NCBI RefSeq assembly: GCF_009834535.1
Contig: NC_045696.1
Coordinates: 112,718,001 to 112,782,000, forward strand
Reading direction: 5' to 3'
DNA length: 64,000 bases
Source of the DNA: Camelus ferus
Lineage: Eukaryota
The number at the start of each line of letters is the position of its first letter. Positions within the stretch are counted from its first letter, which is position 1. Under the pieces are notes generated by a model. The model had not been told where the DNA came from and made no database searches. It worked only from the letters and a program-made list of their open reading frames with translations. Below, piece after piece: positions 49,431 to 63,139 of the stretch. Position numbers and translations under genes: made by a program.

Positions 49431-49849
49431 TATGACTCTGTCTGTGGTTGCTTCGCACAATAATATCACCATAAACCTAACGTGTTGCAGCCAACACATG
49501 CTGTTGATTTATCTCTTCTCAACCAGAAATGGAAATATCACATTGAAATGAGAGAGCATTGCCTTATGAAGAGGAGATACAATATCAAATGCTCTGACTC
49601 CTTAAACCAAGAGATAGTAGAATTTCCTCTGGGTCTGAGAAGATTTCACCTGGTCATATGAATGAGTTAAATAACAAAAGTACTGTCTAAATCCACCACT
49701 GGTTTCAGATCACACCTGTTTAATCTCCCACTAATGACTTTTGGTAACATATCTGCCTCCACATGAAGATTCCCAAGAGAACTCAAAATCTTACAATCAC
49801 ATGGAAAACATCTAAAGGTAAGAAAATTGTATGTGAAGAAGACAGGAAA

Positions 49850-52125
49850 TCCCTTTAAGAGGATTAAAAATTTGCATAAAAATAGATATTACACTCAGTT
49901 TACAATGCTTGGGAACATTAACTCTTGGAAAGAAAATTAAGAAATTACATTGCATATCAACTCAAATTTCAACATTTTAAATTATTTTATTATAAAGGAA
50001 CATATTTTTTAAATTACATTTCAAGAGTTTGAACCAAATATGTACTTTCTTATAGTGGAAGCCCAGAGGAAAGGAGAGAGGATTATAAAATATATATAAT
50101 TGAAGAAATAGTGGCAAAAATGCTTCCAAATTTGGTGAAACACAAGTGTATGGATGCAAGAAGTTTAGCAAAGCCAAACAAGAGAAATACAAAGAAAATC
50201 ACATCAAGGTTTATCCTGGTCAAACTGTTAAATTCTAAAGATAAAGAGAAAAAGCTTAAAACTCGTCAGAGAAAAGTAACATTACATTTAACAAGCAGTT
50301 CAAAATATTGCTGCCTTTTCATCAGAAACAACTAAAATCTGAAGAGAGTAAAATAAAATCTTTGAGAGCTAAAACAAAATATAAACTGTCGATCCAGAAT
50401 CCAATATTCAGCAAAAATATTCTTCAAAAATGAATGTAAAGTAAAGCTATTTCCAGACAAAAGAGGACTAACAGATTTTATCACCAGTAGACCTGGATGT
50501 ACTACAATAAATGCAAAGGCAAGTTTTTCAGGCTGAATGCAAATGATATCTAATAGAAATGCTAATGTTCAGAAAAGATGAAGAACACTGGAAATAGTAA
50601 ATGCGTGAGTAATTTCAGAAGAACAATTCCCCTTTAATAACTTTAAATACATATGAAAATGTAAAGTCCAAATTTTCTATATAGTGGGCTTCTAACATAA
50701 TTTGATGCGGTACCCATGAAAACCACACCATAAACAACTGGGGAAGGCATAAATGGACATAAATGATTACAAGCTTATTTTTTAGCATTTTATGTAAACT
50801 GGTACGACATCAACCCTAAATTGATTGTGCCAAGTTAAAGTGGTCTGTTCTAATTCCTAGAACAACCAACAAAATGAAATTCAGATCAGGTTAAAAAAAT
50901 CAATGACTGAATGAAAAGGGAATTATTAAAATGTTCAATTAATCCAAACGAAAGCACCAGGAGAAACAGAAACAGAAGATGGAGGAGATAAATTAAAATT
51001 AAATTATAAAATAATAGACTTAAATGTAGCCATGTCAACAATTAGCTTTAAATATTAATGAGATGAACACTTTGAAGAAAAAAAATTTCAAATAAATTTA
51101 AGAAGCATGACCCAACTATGTGCCTTCTACAAGATAAGTGGGAAGTAAATAGATGGAAAAATACGTACCATGAAAACCATCAGCTTAAGAAAGTGGCTAT
51201 GTTAATATCAAATAAATGAAACTTCATGCTAGAGAAGAGAAATAATGATAAAAGGATCAATTCATCAGAAAGACAAAACACTCATAAATATGTATATCCC
51301 CAACAGCATTATGTCAAAATCCATGAAGAAAAATTGACATAATTAAAATGAGAAATAAACAATCCCACCATTATAGTTGGAGAGTTATAACACCCCTTCT
51401 CAGAAACTAATAGAACCAGATTTTTAAAAAATCAGAAAAAAAAAAAGCACGGGAGATCTGAACATTACTAATCACTTTGTCCTTGGTGTTGATAGGACAA
51501 CACATCCAAAAATTGTAGAAGTCATACATTCTTTACAAATGTACATGGTGTGTTTACCAAGAGAGACCACCTTCTAGACCACTAGAAAACTCAACAAATT
51601 TCAAAGGACTAAAGTCATAATGATTATGTTCTCTGACAGTAACATTAAACCAGAAATGAATAACAAGATATAAAGAAAAACCCCAAATATTTGAAAACTA
51701 AACCACACATCTGTAAATAATCCTTGGGTCAAGAAAAAAATTATGAGGGAAATTAGAAATATTTTGAATTGAATATAATTAAAATATAACATATCAAATA
51801 TGAGGAATGAGTTTCAGTGCTTAGTGGGAACTTTAACGAGGTAATTGTTTATATTAGAAATGAAGGCAGATCTAAATTCAATGATGTGAAGCTCCACCTT
51901 AAGAAGCTAGAAAAAAGAGCAGAATAAACCTAAAGTAAGTAGAAGGAAGAAAATGCTGAGGGGAAAAAAAAGTGGCAGAAGTAATGAAATAGGAAATGGA
52001 CAAATAATAGGGGAAATTAGCAAAGTCAAAAGTTGGTTCTCCAAGGAGATGAAAAAAAGTAATGCACCCCTATCTAGAAATAAAGAGAACACAAATTACC
52101 AACACCGGGAATGAAAGCAGTTTGC
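49850..52125 (+). mobile_element. Old L1 (L1M-type): decayed ORF1, spacer and ORF2 endonuclease region
   Basis: ORF 50111-50335 is ORF1p-like (LPNL...SRFILVKLLNSKDKEK); ORF2-like aaaggatcaattcatcagaaagac and accattatagttggagag. Confidence 0.85.
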
Positions 52126-52220
52126 TTATTTAAAAGTAAAAGCACTCTGAGGACATGAAGTACTGTGAACGGACTTTTAATTGCTCTCCAAGTTTGAAGA
52201 CCTGAAAACATGAAGAGCGA

Positions 52221-52631
52221 GGGTGGCTATAACTAAGTACCACAGAGCGGGTGGCTTAAACAACAGAGGTGTGTTTTCCCACAGCGCTGAGGGCTGGAAG
52301 TCAGAGATCAGGTTACCAGCATGGTTGGGTTCTGGTGAAAACTCTTCTCCTGGCTTTCAGACAGCTGCCTTCTGGCTGTATGCTCGCGTAGGCTTTCCTG
52401 GGTGTGTCCTCTTGGAGAGAGAGAGAGAGGCAGAGAGAGAGGGAGAGAGAGATCCCCCTCTTCCACTTAGTATAAGGTCACCAATCCTATGGGGTTAGGG
52501 CACCACCCTTCCACCCTTATAGCCTCATGTAAATTATTACTTGTTAAAAACCCTGTGTCCAAATACAGTCACATTGGGGGTTAGGGCTTCAATATATGAA
52601 CTTTGAAGAAGACACAGTTCAGTCCATGGTA
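52221..52631 (-). mobile_element. MaLR LTR (MLT1A0-like)
   Basis: gctataactaagtaccacagagcgggtggcttaaacaacaga...aaatacagtcacattgggggttagggcttcaa. Confidence 0.88.
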
Positions 52632-52639
52632 GAGAGAAT

Positions 52640-53050
52640 ATATTGAAGGTTAAAATTCTCAGGAAATATATTCTTATATGGTATGCAAGACATTTCTTGG
52701 GGAGTGATCTTGGGGTCAACAATGGTGGAAAGGAGAGTAAATGGGCACGTGCAGGAGTAGAAGCTACTCTGCGATGCAGTCTCAACAAAGGCCACTGCCT
52801 ACCCCATGGGGAGCTCTGGAGCTGGACGGCCCTTAGGAGATGTCCCCAGTTAGGACAAGAGGTAGTTTACATCCAATGTAAGGAAGGTCCTTTATTCTTC
52901 TACGGTGACCAGTCACTGATTGTGGGCTAACTGTAGACAGAGACAGTTCTAAAGAGAGGTGACAGATGGCAACCTTCCCGATGGCTGAGTGAATAAATCC
53001 TTTAGTTCTGATGGAGGAATCTGGGCAGTGCAGCACAGCATCCTCAACAG
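52640..53050 (-). mobile_element. ERVL LTR (LTR33/LTR16-like)
   Basis: gatgcagtctcaacaaaggcc...cccatggggagctctggagct. Confidence 0.6.
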
Positions 53051-54074
53051 AGTATCATCTGGGAAAAAGTAGCAACACACCTTCCTCTTGGTGACAGACC
53101 CTCAGCCTAGCTGACTTGAAAAATTCAGCACAACAAAGTTGTTCTGACCAAGTATACCAACTCAACTGGACAAGGCTCACAAAGACTGATGTATACAGTT
53201 TTCATACCAATTAATTAATTCACAATGAGCAAATACATCTCTTAAGGAGAACTGGTGGGTTGCCCATCTATAATCAGAAACGTCCTTGCTTAGCGTGGGA
53301 ACCGAGGAAAAACAATCAGTCACATAATTTGAAAGTTTAATGGCATCCGACCCTGATAACCCAATATCCACAGCTCAGAATAGGGTCAGATCTGTGCCAG
53401 GTCTTCACTGTCATGAGAGCCGTGTTTCCCATAGTATGGAGCAATTAAATTTATTTCTCCTGTATTTTAGGCTTTCTCACTTCCTCCTCCTTGTCTGTAG
53501 TAATTGAAGTAAAAATATTCCAGAATCTGACCCTGAGGGACATTCAACACACTGTTTCCTTAAAAAAAATCAAACCGAATTTTGAAACCAGCGATGCAGA
53601 AATAAATGAATCACTTTCACCCTTGGGATACCAGGAAGCCCTCGCCACTGGACTTGGGAGGATTTCAGTGCCCTGGGCTCTTTGATGTCTGTCTGCGAAA
53701 ATATAAGGCATCACTATTTATCTGATGGTGCTACCAAATGGAGTCAGGATCTGACTCTGTAATTAGATGTGACAAGTAGGCCGTCCAAATAGATCACAGA
53801 TGTAACAAACAGAATGGGATTATTCAGAAAGGACATGAAGAACATGTAGAGCATGTAGGTAGAACATGTTTAGTGGGGAAATGGATCGTTTTGAGTGGGG
53901 ATGTGGTGATATTTTTATTTCTGAAAATAACTCATTCCTTGCCAAGTTCAGGACTGCTCTTTAATGTTATTGCCCACGTTAAAACATGGATAAATTTCAT
54001 GGGCATGTTGAGATAAACAGAGTAGAACAGACTGTATAATTCCATCAGTACAAAATTTTTAATTTGATAAAAAT

Positions 54075-54790
54075 TATTTGATGGAGATAGAGGTTAGATT
54101 AGTGGTTACTTTGGAAGGGAAGTATTGACTGAGAGGGGGCAGGAGGGAGCCACCCGTGGTGTCAGAAATCTGCTAGCCTTTAATCCAAGAGGTTTCACGG
54201 GTGTATGCGTTAGGAAAAAAATCCATCAAGGTGTAATAGAGAAGAACAAACCTGACTCCACATCAGATCTGTTCCTTTGTCTCTAACCCTGTGCTCTGTT
54301 TCCTGTGCTGAGTCATGCAGGTTCTGCACTTTTTGTAAAAACATGTTCCCCACAGCCTGAAATACACAGGACAGCCCATTCTCAAGGCTCTGACCTTTAT
54401 GGATGTAACACTTTTTCATTCATATAGGGATAAAAAGTTGCAGAACAGAGAATAACATTTGTCTTGTTGGAGGTTTACAGGAACATCTGACCTGATCTCC
54501 TGGACAGCTGCAAGAACAAAGAATTTCGCCACCAACCATACCCTCTCCCCTTTTTGTTATAAAAGGGCCTGAATTCTGACTTGGGTAAGATGGTTCTCCA
54601 GGACATTAGTCCCCTATCTTCTGGGTCCGCTGGCTTTCTGAATAAAGTCGTTATTCCTTGCCCCAACACCTCATCTCCTGATTTATCAGCCTTTCATGTG
54701 GTGAGCAGAACAAGTTTGGACTCAGTAAGCAAAATTATGAACTTAAGAATTGGGCACTCATTAAAAATATAAACTAAACCTTGAAAGGAA
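54075..54790 (+). mobile_element. Old L1 3' end split by an LTR
   Basis: gattagtggttactttgg...tccatcaag, then LTR, then gaacttaaga. Confidence 0.6.
54232..54731 (+). mobile_element. ERV1-type solo LTR (artiodactyl family)
   Basis: tgtaatagagaagaacaaacctgactcc start, TATAAAA near 54558, AATAAA near 54641, ends ggactcagtaagca. Confidence 0.85.
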
Positions 54791-55497
54791 GTAAGAAGTG
54801 AATAAAATAAAAGATGTATTCTATTCTTGTGTATCATGTATAGTTTACAAATTTAAAGGGAATAACGAGCTTTGTGTAAAAATTTAGGGTAAATGCTTAT
54901 ATTTGGTTCATACCCATCACAGAGTCTCAGAATCGCAGAATCGAGATTCCCTTGACCATGCACCAGGCGAAGGGTGTATCTTGACGTCCCACTATGTGGT
55001 AGCATTTCATTTGTAACTGATTTGAAATTTCACAATCGTCACCTTTGGTTTAAAGGTTAAAAAAATAAGCCCTACAATGGTTGAATGAGGTTCCTGACTT
55101 GGCAGGTGGCACAAGGAAGCTGCAGCCTGAGACCAGCCGTCTCCAGGCCATTCTGTTTCATTTTATTCACTCCATGGTTCTGCTTTGCTGGGACCCCCTG
55201 AGATGGCACCGGTTCTCCCTCATATAAGGAGGGAGTGCTTCCAGGTGTCTACAAACAGAGTCACACACACTCATCTAAACCACTCCTCAGTCTCCCTCCT
55301 TTTGAAACCAAATGCACTTGTTCAAGATGATAATATGACGTAGCAGAGAAGTTAATATCCAGTGTGGTGTGATTTGAGGGGTGCCAGAAATTCCCACCAC
55401 CTTAAAAAAACTCATCCCAGCCCCTTGCCACTCCCTGCCTGTCGTGACACCCTAAACCCAACACACAAAATCAGTGAACTCCTTGGGATCTTGAAGG

Positions 55498-55498
<1 letters not shown>

Positions 55499-55540
<42 letters not shown>
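55499..55540. repeat. (TG)21 microsatellite
   Basis: Perfect dinucleotide run. Confidence 0.97.
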
Positions 55541-55541
<1 letters not shown>

Positions 55542-56098
55542 AGGGGGCACTTGAAGAGTTGTCCATATTAAAATATCTCTGAGTGTGTCTAGAAATGAGA
55601 AAGAAGACATATGACACAGGAATGACCACAGCCAAGCTTTGTTCTGGATAAACTTGCCTGTGGCCATCTTTTCCAAGTATATCTAAATAATGGCAGTGAA
55701 ATAATTCTGGTGGTCCAGCTCCCACGTTAGACCTCCAATTTCTGCAGCAATAGCATGTATCACTACTTCAGCTATGTGAATGGTCTTGACACTGCATCAC
55801 TGGCTTTTAGTTGACAAGTTTTTATTGAGCAACTACTGTGTATGCCTAGCTCTATGCTTGATGCTTGTGAATCAGCACAAAGAATCACCCCTCACATCTT
55901 GCCTTTCACTTAGCTGCATCCATCTTATTATGTGACTAAAGTCAATTGCTTTCTATTTCATGTATGTGAAATTTTCTAAACAATACTTTTTTCAGACTAA
56001 ATAATTTTAAGTTCTTTCTCTCTTTCTAGGCGTTCTCCACAATTATCATTGTGTAAATTTCTTCACAATTGAATGTCCATAGTTGATGCAGTTTAAAA

Positions 56099-56351
56099 GG
56101 GAGGGATAAATTAGGAGTTTGGGATTAACAGATGCACATTACTACATATAAAATAAATAAACAACAAGGACTTACTGTCTAGCACAGAGAATTATATTCA
56201 ATTTTCTAACATGTAATAGAAAATAATCTAAAAAGAAAAAATATATATGTCTGTATATGTATAACTGAACTGCTTTGCTGTACACCTGAAACTAATATTG
56301 TAAATCAACTACACTTCAATAAACAATAAATTTTTTCAAGAAGTAAAAAAT
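56099..56351 (+). mobile_element. 5'-truncated L1 3' UTR (camelid type)
   Basis: gggagggataaattaggagtttgggattaacagat...ctacacttcaataa; TSD aaaagggaggg. Confidence 0.92.
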
Positions 56352-56834
56352 AAAAGGGAGGGGGTGGGATTGGTAGTGTTTTGAAAAAAAGAGAAATACA
56401 TTTGGAAAAGAAATGGGAAGGGAAAGTATCACTGAACAGCAAAGAGGCCTGGGAGTGGATTCAAACCCAAGAAGTGAGGCAAGTAAAAGAGAAATGCAGA
56501 CATAATGGTGATGTCAAGCCCAGGGTTGTGTGGGGACAGCAGGGCACTTGCATTCTCACAAACATTCATGTGACAATTCAGTTGGAGTGAGCTTCAAAGA
56601 AAAGCCAGAGTCACACAATGACAGCAGGCACTTTGATAGAGGTTATGGGCAAACAGGAAAAGAGATAGATGGAAAATTTGGGTGGGAGGGAGAGTCTCAC
56701 TGATTTTGCCTTTAAAAGAAATGTAAGAGTTACATGTGAGATTATTATGGATTTGTAAGATCTAAATATTTCTACCACTAACATCAGCGCCCCCTGGATC
56801 CTTCACCAACTGTTAACTAGTATCCTGTCTAGCA

Positions 56835-57150
56835 GTCTTACAGAATTCTCTCTGGGCAAAATGCTGAGTTGGGCAAGTCTTACCTGGAATTTCTCATGGG
56901 GTTGCAGTAGATGACTTCTGGTCCTGCAGTCTTCTTAGAGCTCCAAGGAGCCGGACATCCAAGATGGCGCACCCACACGGCTGGCAGTTGATGCTGGCTG
57001 TTGGCTGGGGCTGAGCCAGGCTGTCAGCCAGGGAGCCGACAAGGGTCTTCTCCAGTGGGATGGTCTCAACATGGTTAGACATCTTACATGATAGCTGGCT
57101 CTCACAAGTGTCCTCTGAGTTTCTAGATCTAGGGCAATCAACCCAACTTC
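56835..57150 (-). mobile_element. MaLR LTR (MLT1H-like)
   Basis: gacatccaagatggcgcacccacacggctggcagttgatgctggctgttggctggg. Confidence 0.75.
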
Positions 57151-58367
57151 CATAATGGGGAAATGGCTCTGAGTTTTTTCTTTTTAAAGAGGGCAGTGGG
57201 ATGGGATGGGGTGGGGATGAATGCACTCCTGCATCACATGCAGAGGACAGGCTGCAGCACCAAACTGGGTACATTTTACATAAAGCACAGGGCAATCCAC
57301 CCCCTCGAAGGTTTCAAAACACCTGAACCAGGAGGCACAAGATTCATATTCATATTAGGAGGAAAAATAGTTCGCTCTGCCTATTTGTTTGACTGGAAAG
57401 GCTTTTTACATGTCAATAAAATGCTGTTTTGTCAACATTATGTGGCATGTAGGCCCATAAAGAACAGTTGCTGAAAGTCTTTGCACATTCAGATTAAAGT
57501 AAAACTGCTGAACAAAAGCTCCATTGTATGTAGGTCTAAACTCCAACAGCTACAGGCAGTTTTACATGAGTGTTTTTCGTGACAAGCAATGAGAATGTAC
57601 CTGTCTCTGGTTCAGTGCTTACAGAAGAGGCAGAAGTTTTTATGAGCAAATATATTTGACTGAGCTGTGTGTATTTTCTAAAGGATTACTTTTGACTTTC
57701 AAGTACATTAAATTCACAGCTAAAAGCCAAAGTCATCTGCTGAAAAACAATCAGCTGGTGAGAAAGTGGGCAAGCAATTTAACGTTTTATTTTTAAAGAT
57801 ATCATTTCTGAACACGGTGTCAAAAATACACGTGGAAACCAATGGCTTAGTTAGCTCTGGTGAAAAAAATAACTCGCAGCCTCAAACTGTCCCCGATCTC
57901 AATCCACAGCCCAGAGACTTGGAAAATCCTCACTTGAAATTGTTTTTGGACACCAGATGAAAAAGGCAATTTTAAAATAAAAAGTTAGACACATATTAAA
58001 ATAACCCGTATTCAATACCACATTTTATCCTTAGATACTGGCCACCCTGGGGATCTCGGAGTCAGGCATGTCCCCTGTCCCGGCTCCCGGCTGTGAGTCT
58101 CCCAGAGGATCCTGGCCTCCAGCCTGGTGCCTTCTGCACACCATCCAGAAGGAGGCTGCAGCACCAGGGGAATTCACCATCTGGATCCAGTAGTTCATTC
58201 AAAGACATCAAAGCTGGGGAATCCTGGAGTTACCCTCTTAGAGGAGAGTTTCTGCCATCCTCCTGACCTGCCCAGTGCCGGTACCTTACTGAACCAGTTT
58301 ATAAATCACAGCAAAATGTGACCACCAAGTGGCTTCATGAGAAAATGGACCAGATTTAGAAGCTGAC

Positions 58368-58461
58368 ATAACTGAAAAAGTGTGCTGTACACTGGAATTT
58401 GACACAACATTGTAAAATGACTATAACTCAAAAAAAAAAAAAGTTAAAAAACAACAGAAAA
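58368..58461 (+). mobile_element. Very short young camelid L1 3' end
   Basis: ataactgaaaaagtgtgctgtacactggaatttgacacaacattgtaaaatgactataactc plus poly-A; TSD agaagYtgac at 58358-58367 and 58462-58471. Confidence 0.85.
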
Positions 58462-60164
58462 AGAAGTTGACTTAGTATTAATGTAAATGATGAAATTTAC
58501 TTTGTTGATTACGCCCAGAATTCCTTTAAAACTGTAAAGGGCGGTGAACCTGGAAGGAGAGGCCACAAACCTCGACTGCATTTCATCTCTTTTCCCCAGC
58601 TCTGACCTTGGACAAATCAAGACTCTTCTCTGCTCCTGTTTCTTGTGGTGGGGTAGATGATTTTTTTTTTTTTGATGTTTTCTAGTTCTAAAATTATATT
58701 ACAAAACAGTAGCCTGGCTGTCAGCTTGAAGAAATAGCTTTTGCTTTAGAAGCTAGGAGCTTTGGAGTAGGCATTACAAAAATATATTATACAGTAAGAA
58801 CAGTGGTACCAATTACTCCAAATCCATGAAAAGCTTCAGGAAGCTTCGATTTTTTTTTTCATTCCATCTACACAAATAGGACTGTGAAGGTGAGCTGGGA
58901 ATTCAGCGTAGGTAAAAATGATACACATAAGGTAAAACTGACAATGTTCAAGCCTTCAGTATTCACTGTATCCTTTAATCAACAAATTACGTTCAGTTTT
59001 CTTTTGGCAGGCATAGTTTTCAAGCATTTCAATCAATTTTTGACTAACAACATCAATATTCTAAAACACTTTTCAACCAAGAATTTTCAAACTAATTTTC
59101 AAGCCTTGAAAATTATTCACTGTAGCCTTTAAACCACAAATCATGTTCAGGCTTCTTATGTGTACTGGTTGCCATTGACTTAATTACATGTTGACATTCA
59201 GTAAATCAAAACATTCAGTTAACACTTCCAAAGCGTGCATTTCATTTCTCTATTTTTCATGTTTTAATTGCTGGTTTCACTCGAAGACATGGACACAGTG
59301 ATAGGAAGTCTCTTTATTCATTACTTATAATTTTGTGTTTGATTCTTTCTATGATGAGGTTTTCCTCCGCTGCTCTGTGACTTGACCTGGGTTCGAGGGG
59401 AAAGCGTACTTGTCAGTTCGTATTTAAGGAGGAAGAGGGATGACCCTGCCCTGGATCCCTAACCCTGAAGCCCTATAGATGCAGCCATTGCGGAGAAGGT
59501 GGCAGCTGCAGGAATGGGCTAACATGTGCCAAATTTTCTTATTTCTTCAGAGAAGGTAGAGATCTGGAATTTTACATAAAATCTCCAAGGTTGGTAAAGG
59601 GATTATTTTTTAAATCTCAGATTATTTGAGAAATGGATTTAATTTAACTTTTAACAATGTGAATGAATCTGAATTGATTTTCATTAACTCCAAGTGTAAT
59701 AGTGGCAACAACCTAATGACACTAGAAAATCAGTCATGAGCTGCAGTCGAGTAGTCATTTCAAAAGGCAATTTTTTATACAGTATTTTTTCTTTCAGTAC
59801 CTGATACCACAGCAACTAGTGTTTCATAGGTTTAAATAAATATCACAGTTTAATAGAGTTGCATGTCTTGATTTTCTCTTCTGTTTAAAGTGTAGATTTG
59901 TACATCTTCATAGTCCTATTATTTAACAATGTTGCATAATTGCTCAAATTTTAGAAGCAAAATATTTAGCAGAAATAAAACTCTCTGGTATATAAAAACA
60001 ATCATAAGCTATCACCCTGACCTGAACACCAAATAAAAATGTTCACATTTCCTTAGAACGTGCCTTGATGATTGGTCTGATAATGACCTGGAAAACGAAA
60101 CAAATGCCGTAGAAAAGAACAGCTGGGGTCCGGGACAGTTGAGGGGACATGTGTGTCAGAAGCA

Positions 60165-60178
60165 CCACCAGATGGCAG
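60165..60178 (+). promoter_or_regulatory. CTCF motif
   Basis: CCACCAGATGGCAG fits the core CCAC(C/T)AG(A/G)(G/T)GGC(A/G). Confidence 0.5.
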
Positions 60179-60907
60179 AAGAGGAGAAAGAATCCCAAAC
60201 TCAGGCGTGATGATCAGTTTCCAAGCCAGAGGGTGACAATTTTTTAAGTAAATATTTGTCTGCTAAGCCATCAGCCTAGCATTCCCTCCTCTTTCCCTGC
60301 TGTGTGGGCATATGTGGTGTCCAACACTATGTCAAGGTTCAGGGCATCCTGCAAAAACCTCTGCAGGGGAAACAGAGCGCATCTCTTCTCTGGCACTGGT
60401 CTTGTGGAAAACGCCAGGAGGCGTCATTTCCAGAGCCCCGGAGTCCTCAGGGCTGCCTGCCCATCCTGGTCCCCTGGTACCTGCCGGAGGATGGCCAAGG
60501 CGCCCAGGGTTGCCGGTCCCATTTCTGGTTTCTTTTTCTTTTTCTTTTTTCTTTTTTTTAAAGCAAGGGGATCAAATTGTACATAATGCTCAAGGGCTTA
60601 TAATTTTAGAGTGAGTCAAAGGAGTCTTCTGAATACTTTTCTAACCTTTTCCTCTTTTTAGGCAATATTTAAGACCTGTGCTGTCGACCAAGATTGTGAA
60701 TCAGTGGTCTTGATGCGGGGCTGCCACATGGCTCACCTCCTGGGGTGTCATTGCCACAAAGCCTGCAGGACCTTCCTGCGGAGCTGCTGTCAGCTGCCTG
60801 CTGAACTCAGGCCAGATCGTTTACCGAGCCACAGGGTCTCAGAAAGGCTTTAAAACAGCCGCAAATCGCAATTCCTTTATAACTTCCCTGGGCAATTTTT
60901 TCAAAAG

Positions 60908-60909
<2 letters not shown>

Positions 60910-60942
<33 letters not shown>

Positions 60943-60962
60943 TGTGTATGTGTGTGTGTGTT
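60910..60962. repeat. Interrupted (TG)n microsatellite
   Basis: TG run with two interruptions. Confidence 0.95.
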
Positions 60963-61611
60963 TGAAGGGGTGGGTACATTGCATTACATTGACTGACAAA
61001 GTCAAAGTGTCTGAGTTCTTTCTTTGCCCTCTACTTAGCTGTGTGACTTAAAGCAAATTACTTAAATCCTCTGTGCCTCAAGGGTGTCTGCTATAAAGTG
61101 GCATTAATAATAATTTCTATCACGTAAAGTTCTGGTGAGCAGGGCCATTTGAAGACATTAACAGGCACTAGCCCTTTGAGAGTCTGACTTTACGAAACCG
61201 TAAGTATATTTTTTCAAAAGTACTCACTCTCATTAAATATAAGTAATTGTTTTAAAAGTATTTTACAGCATTTTATTGTTTATTATCAAAATGATTCATA
61301 TTAATTTCAATTTTTCAGTTTTTCTTTTGTGTTTTGGAGCCAATATTTTTTTGCCGAGTCTCAACCATTGCTACTAATTTGCGCAGAGCCATGGGGCCTA
61401 GACACTATTCCTGTCTGGGTCATGGGTAACACATCTCTTAGCCCAAAGTCTAAATGAGATAATCCACATGAAGTGCTTCAAACTGTGCAGATCCCCCCAA
61501 AAAAAAGCATTTGACAGATGTCAGCTGGGACCACTCATCGTCTTGACCGCATCACCTCTGAGGCTGTCCAGACACACAGGGAAAGACCAGCTAGGGCCAG
61601 GATGTTGCTGG

Positions 61612-62768
61612 CTAGCGAATGGGTCTCAACCCTGGCTGCAGATTTGAGTCGCCTGCAGATTGAAAAATCCAGATGCCCAGGCCGCTTGCCAGGTCAACTC
61701 TAACAGAATCTTTGGGGGTGGGACCCAGACATCAGTATTCTTACTCCTTCCCAGGTGAGTCCAGTGTACAGAGTTGACGTCTCTGAGCTAAGCATTCTCC
61801 AGGTGCCTCCACATGAACTATCCTCTTCACGGAATGATAACAATGTTTCCCTTTGAAGCAGTGGTTCTCCAAGTGTGGTCCCCAGACCGGCAGCCCTGGC
61901 ATCACTTGGGAACTTCAGAAAGAAGCAAATTCATAAGCCCCTCTGAATTAGAAACCCCAGGGGCCCAGCTACCTGTGTGCCGACAAACCTGGCCGACACT
62001 GCATTTTGAGAATCGCTGCTTCAGAGAGACATGTCTCTGCTCTGACAACTCTCAGGACTTCGTAATGCATTATTTATTAAAATGCCTGGATGACAGGGCT
62101 TGAAAAATGCCAATATTATTTGAGTCTCAGCAGGAAAAAAAAAAAAAGGTTGACCAATGAGTTCCAAATGCCACCACTTCCAATGACCTGCTCAGGTGGC
62201 CGTCACACTTTAAACAAACAGATGTAATTGTCACAGCTGTCTTTCCTCACAGACATGTTAAACTCTCCCCATTCATATTCTAACTCTTCTCAAGAGCGGA
62301 AGGCAGGGTGAGTTGAGGCAGAATTTCTCCTCCCTCCATAATCTTTTAAGTCTATGATCCATAAACTCTCCTTCCATAAAACTCTTTAAAAACCTCTGTT
62401 CATTCTGCATAGTTCCTAAGCACTGCCTTGAGCCTTCTCCCAATTACCTTTCTCCTTCCTAAGAGTGATCTGTAAGTCAAAGGTGCTCCGGGATCCAGTT
62501 AGTGGGGAGGGCTGCCCTGGTCTCTTGGACAGGTACGTAAGCCCCAGTGTCCCCTCCAATGTAACCTCTTTTCCAAAGCAGTGACCCCTCTGGCACTTGG
62601 CTACATGTTAGGACAACAGGAACTCTTTAAAGAACACTGATGCTTGACTCCCAGTTCTAGAAATTCTAGTTTGATCAGTCTGTCTGGACTTTGATGAGGA
62701 TATCAGGAGTTTTTAAACATTTCCCAGGTGGTTCTAATGTGCAGCCAAACTGGAGGACCACTGGCCTA
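61612..62768. mobile_element. Cluster of three MER5-type hAT-Charlie copies (about 61612-61780, 61857-62020, 62578-62768)
   Basis: cagtggttctccaagtgtggtccccagacc, cccaggtggttctaatgtgcagccaa and similar MER5 hallmarks. Confidence 0.75.
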
Positions 62769-63139
62769 GAGGGAGACACACCTGCCAAGATGGCTCCCAC
62801 ACCTCCTGTAAGCCAGACTCCCTCTGCCAGCCCACCTGCTTGGCTTTTTGCTGCCCCCTGCTGGCTTCTCTCAGCTTCACTGGCAACAGAACCTCTGGTT
62901 TAAAAGTGGTTAGAAAAAGTAGGTTACAAGTATATAAGAAATTTGGTATACTCTAACTCTCCCTTTTCACTGCCCTTTTCGTTTTGTTTTATTTTGTTTT
63001 TTACCTGAAACAGTATCTGGGTAGGAAATTTGACACCTCGTTTGTGAGGCTCAGAGAAAAGTACTGTGGAATAATGACGGTGCTGGAGTGATGTAATTTA
63101 AAAGTATTTCTCCCTTTACATCTGTGAATAATTGGGAGA

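Noticed and set aside
56960..56969. YY1 motif CAAGATGGCG
   Set aside because: It is part of the MLT1-type LTR sequence, with no independent sign of function.
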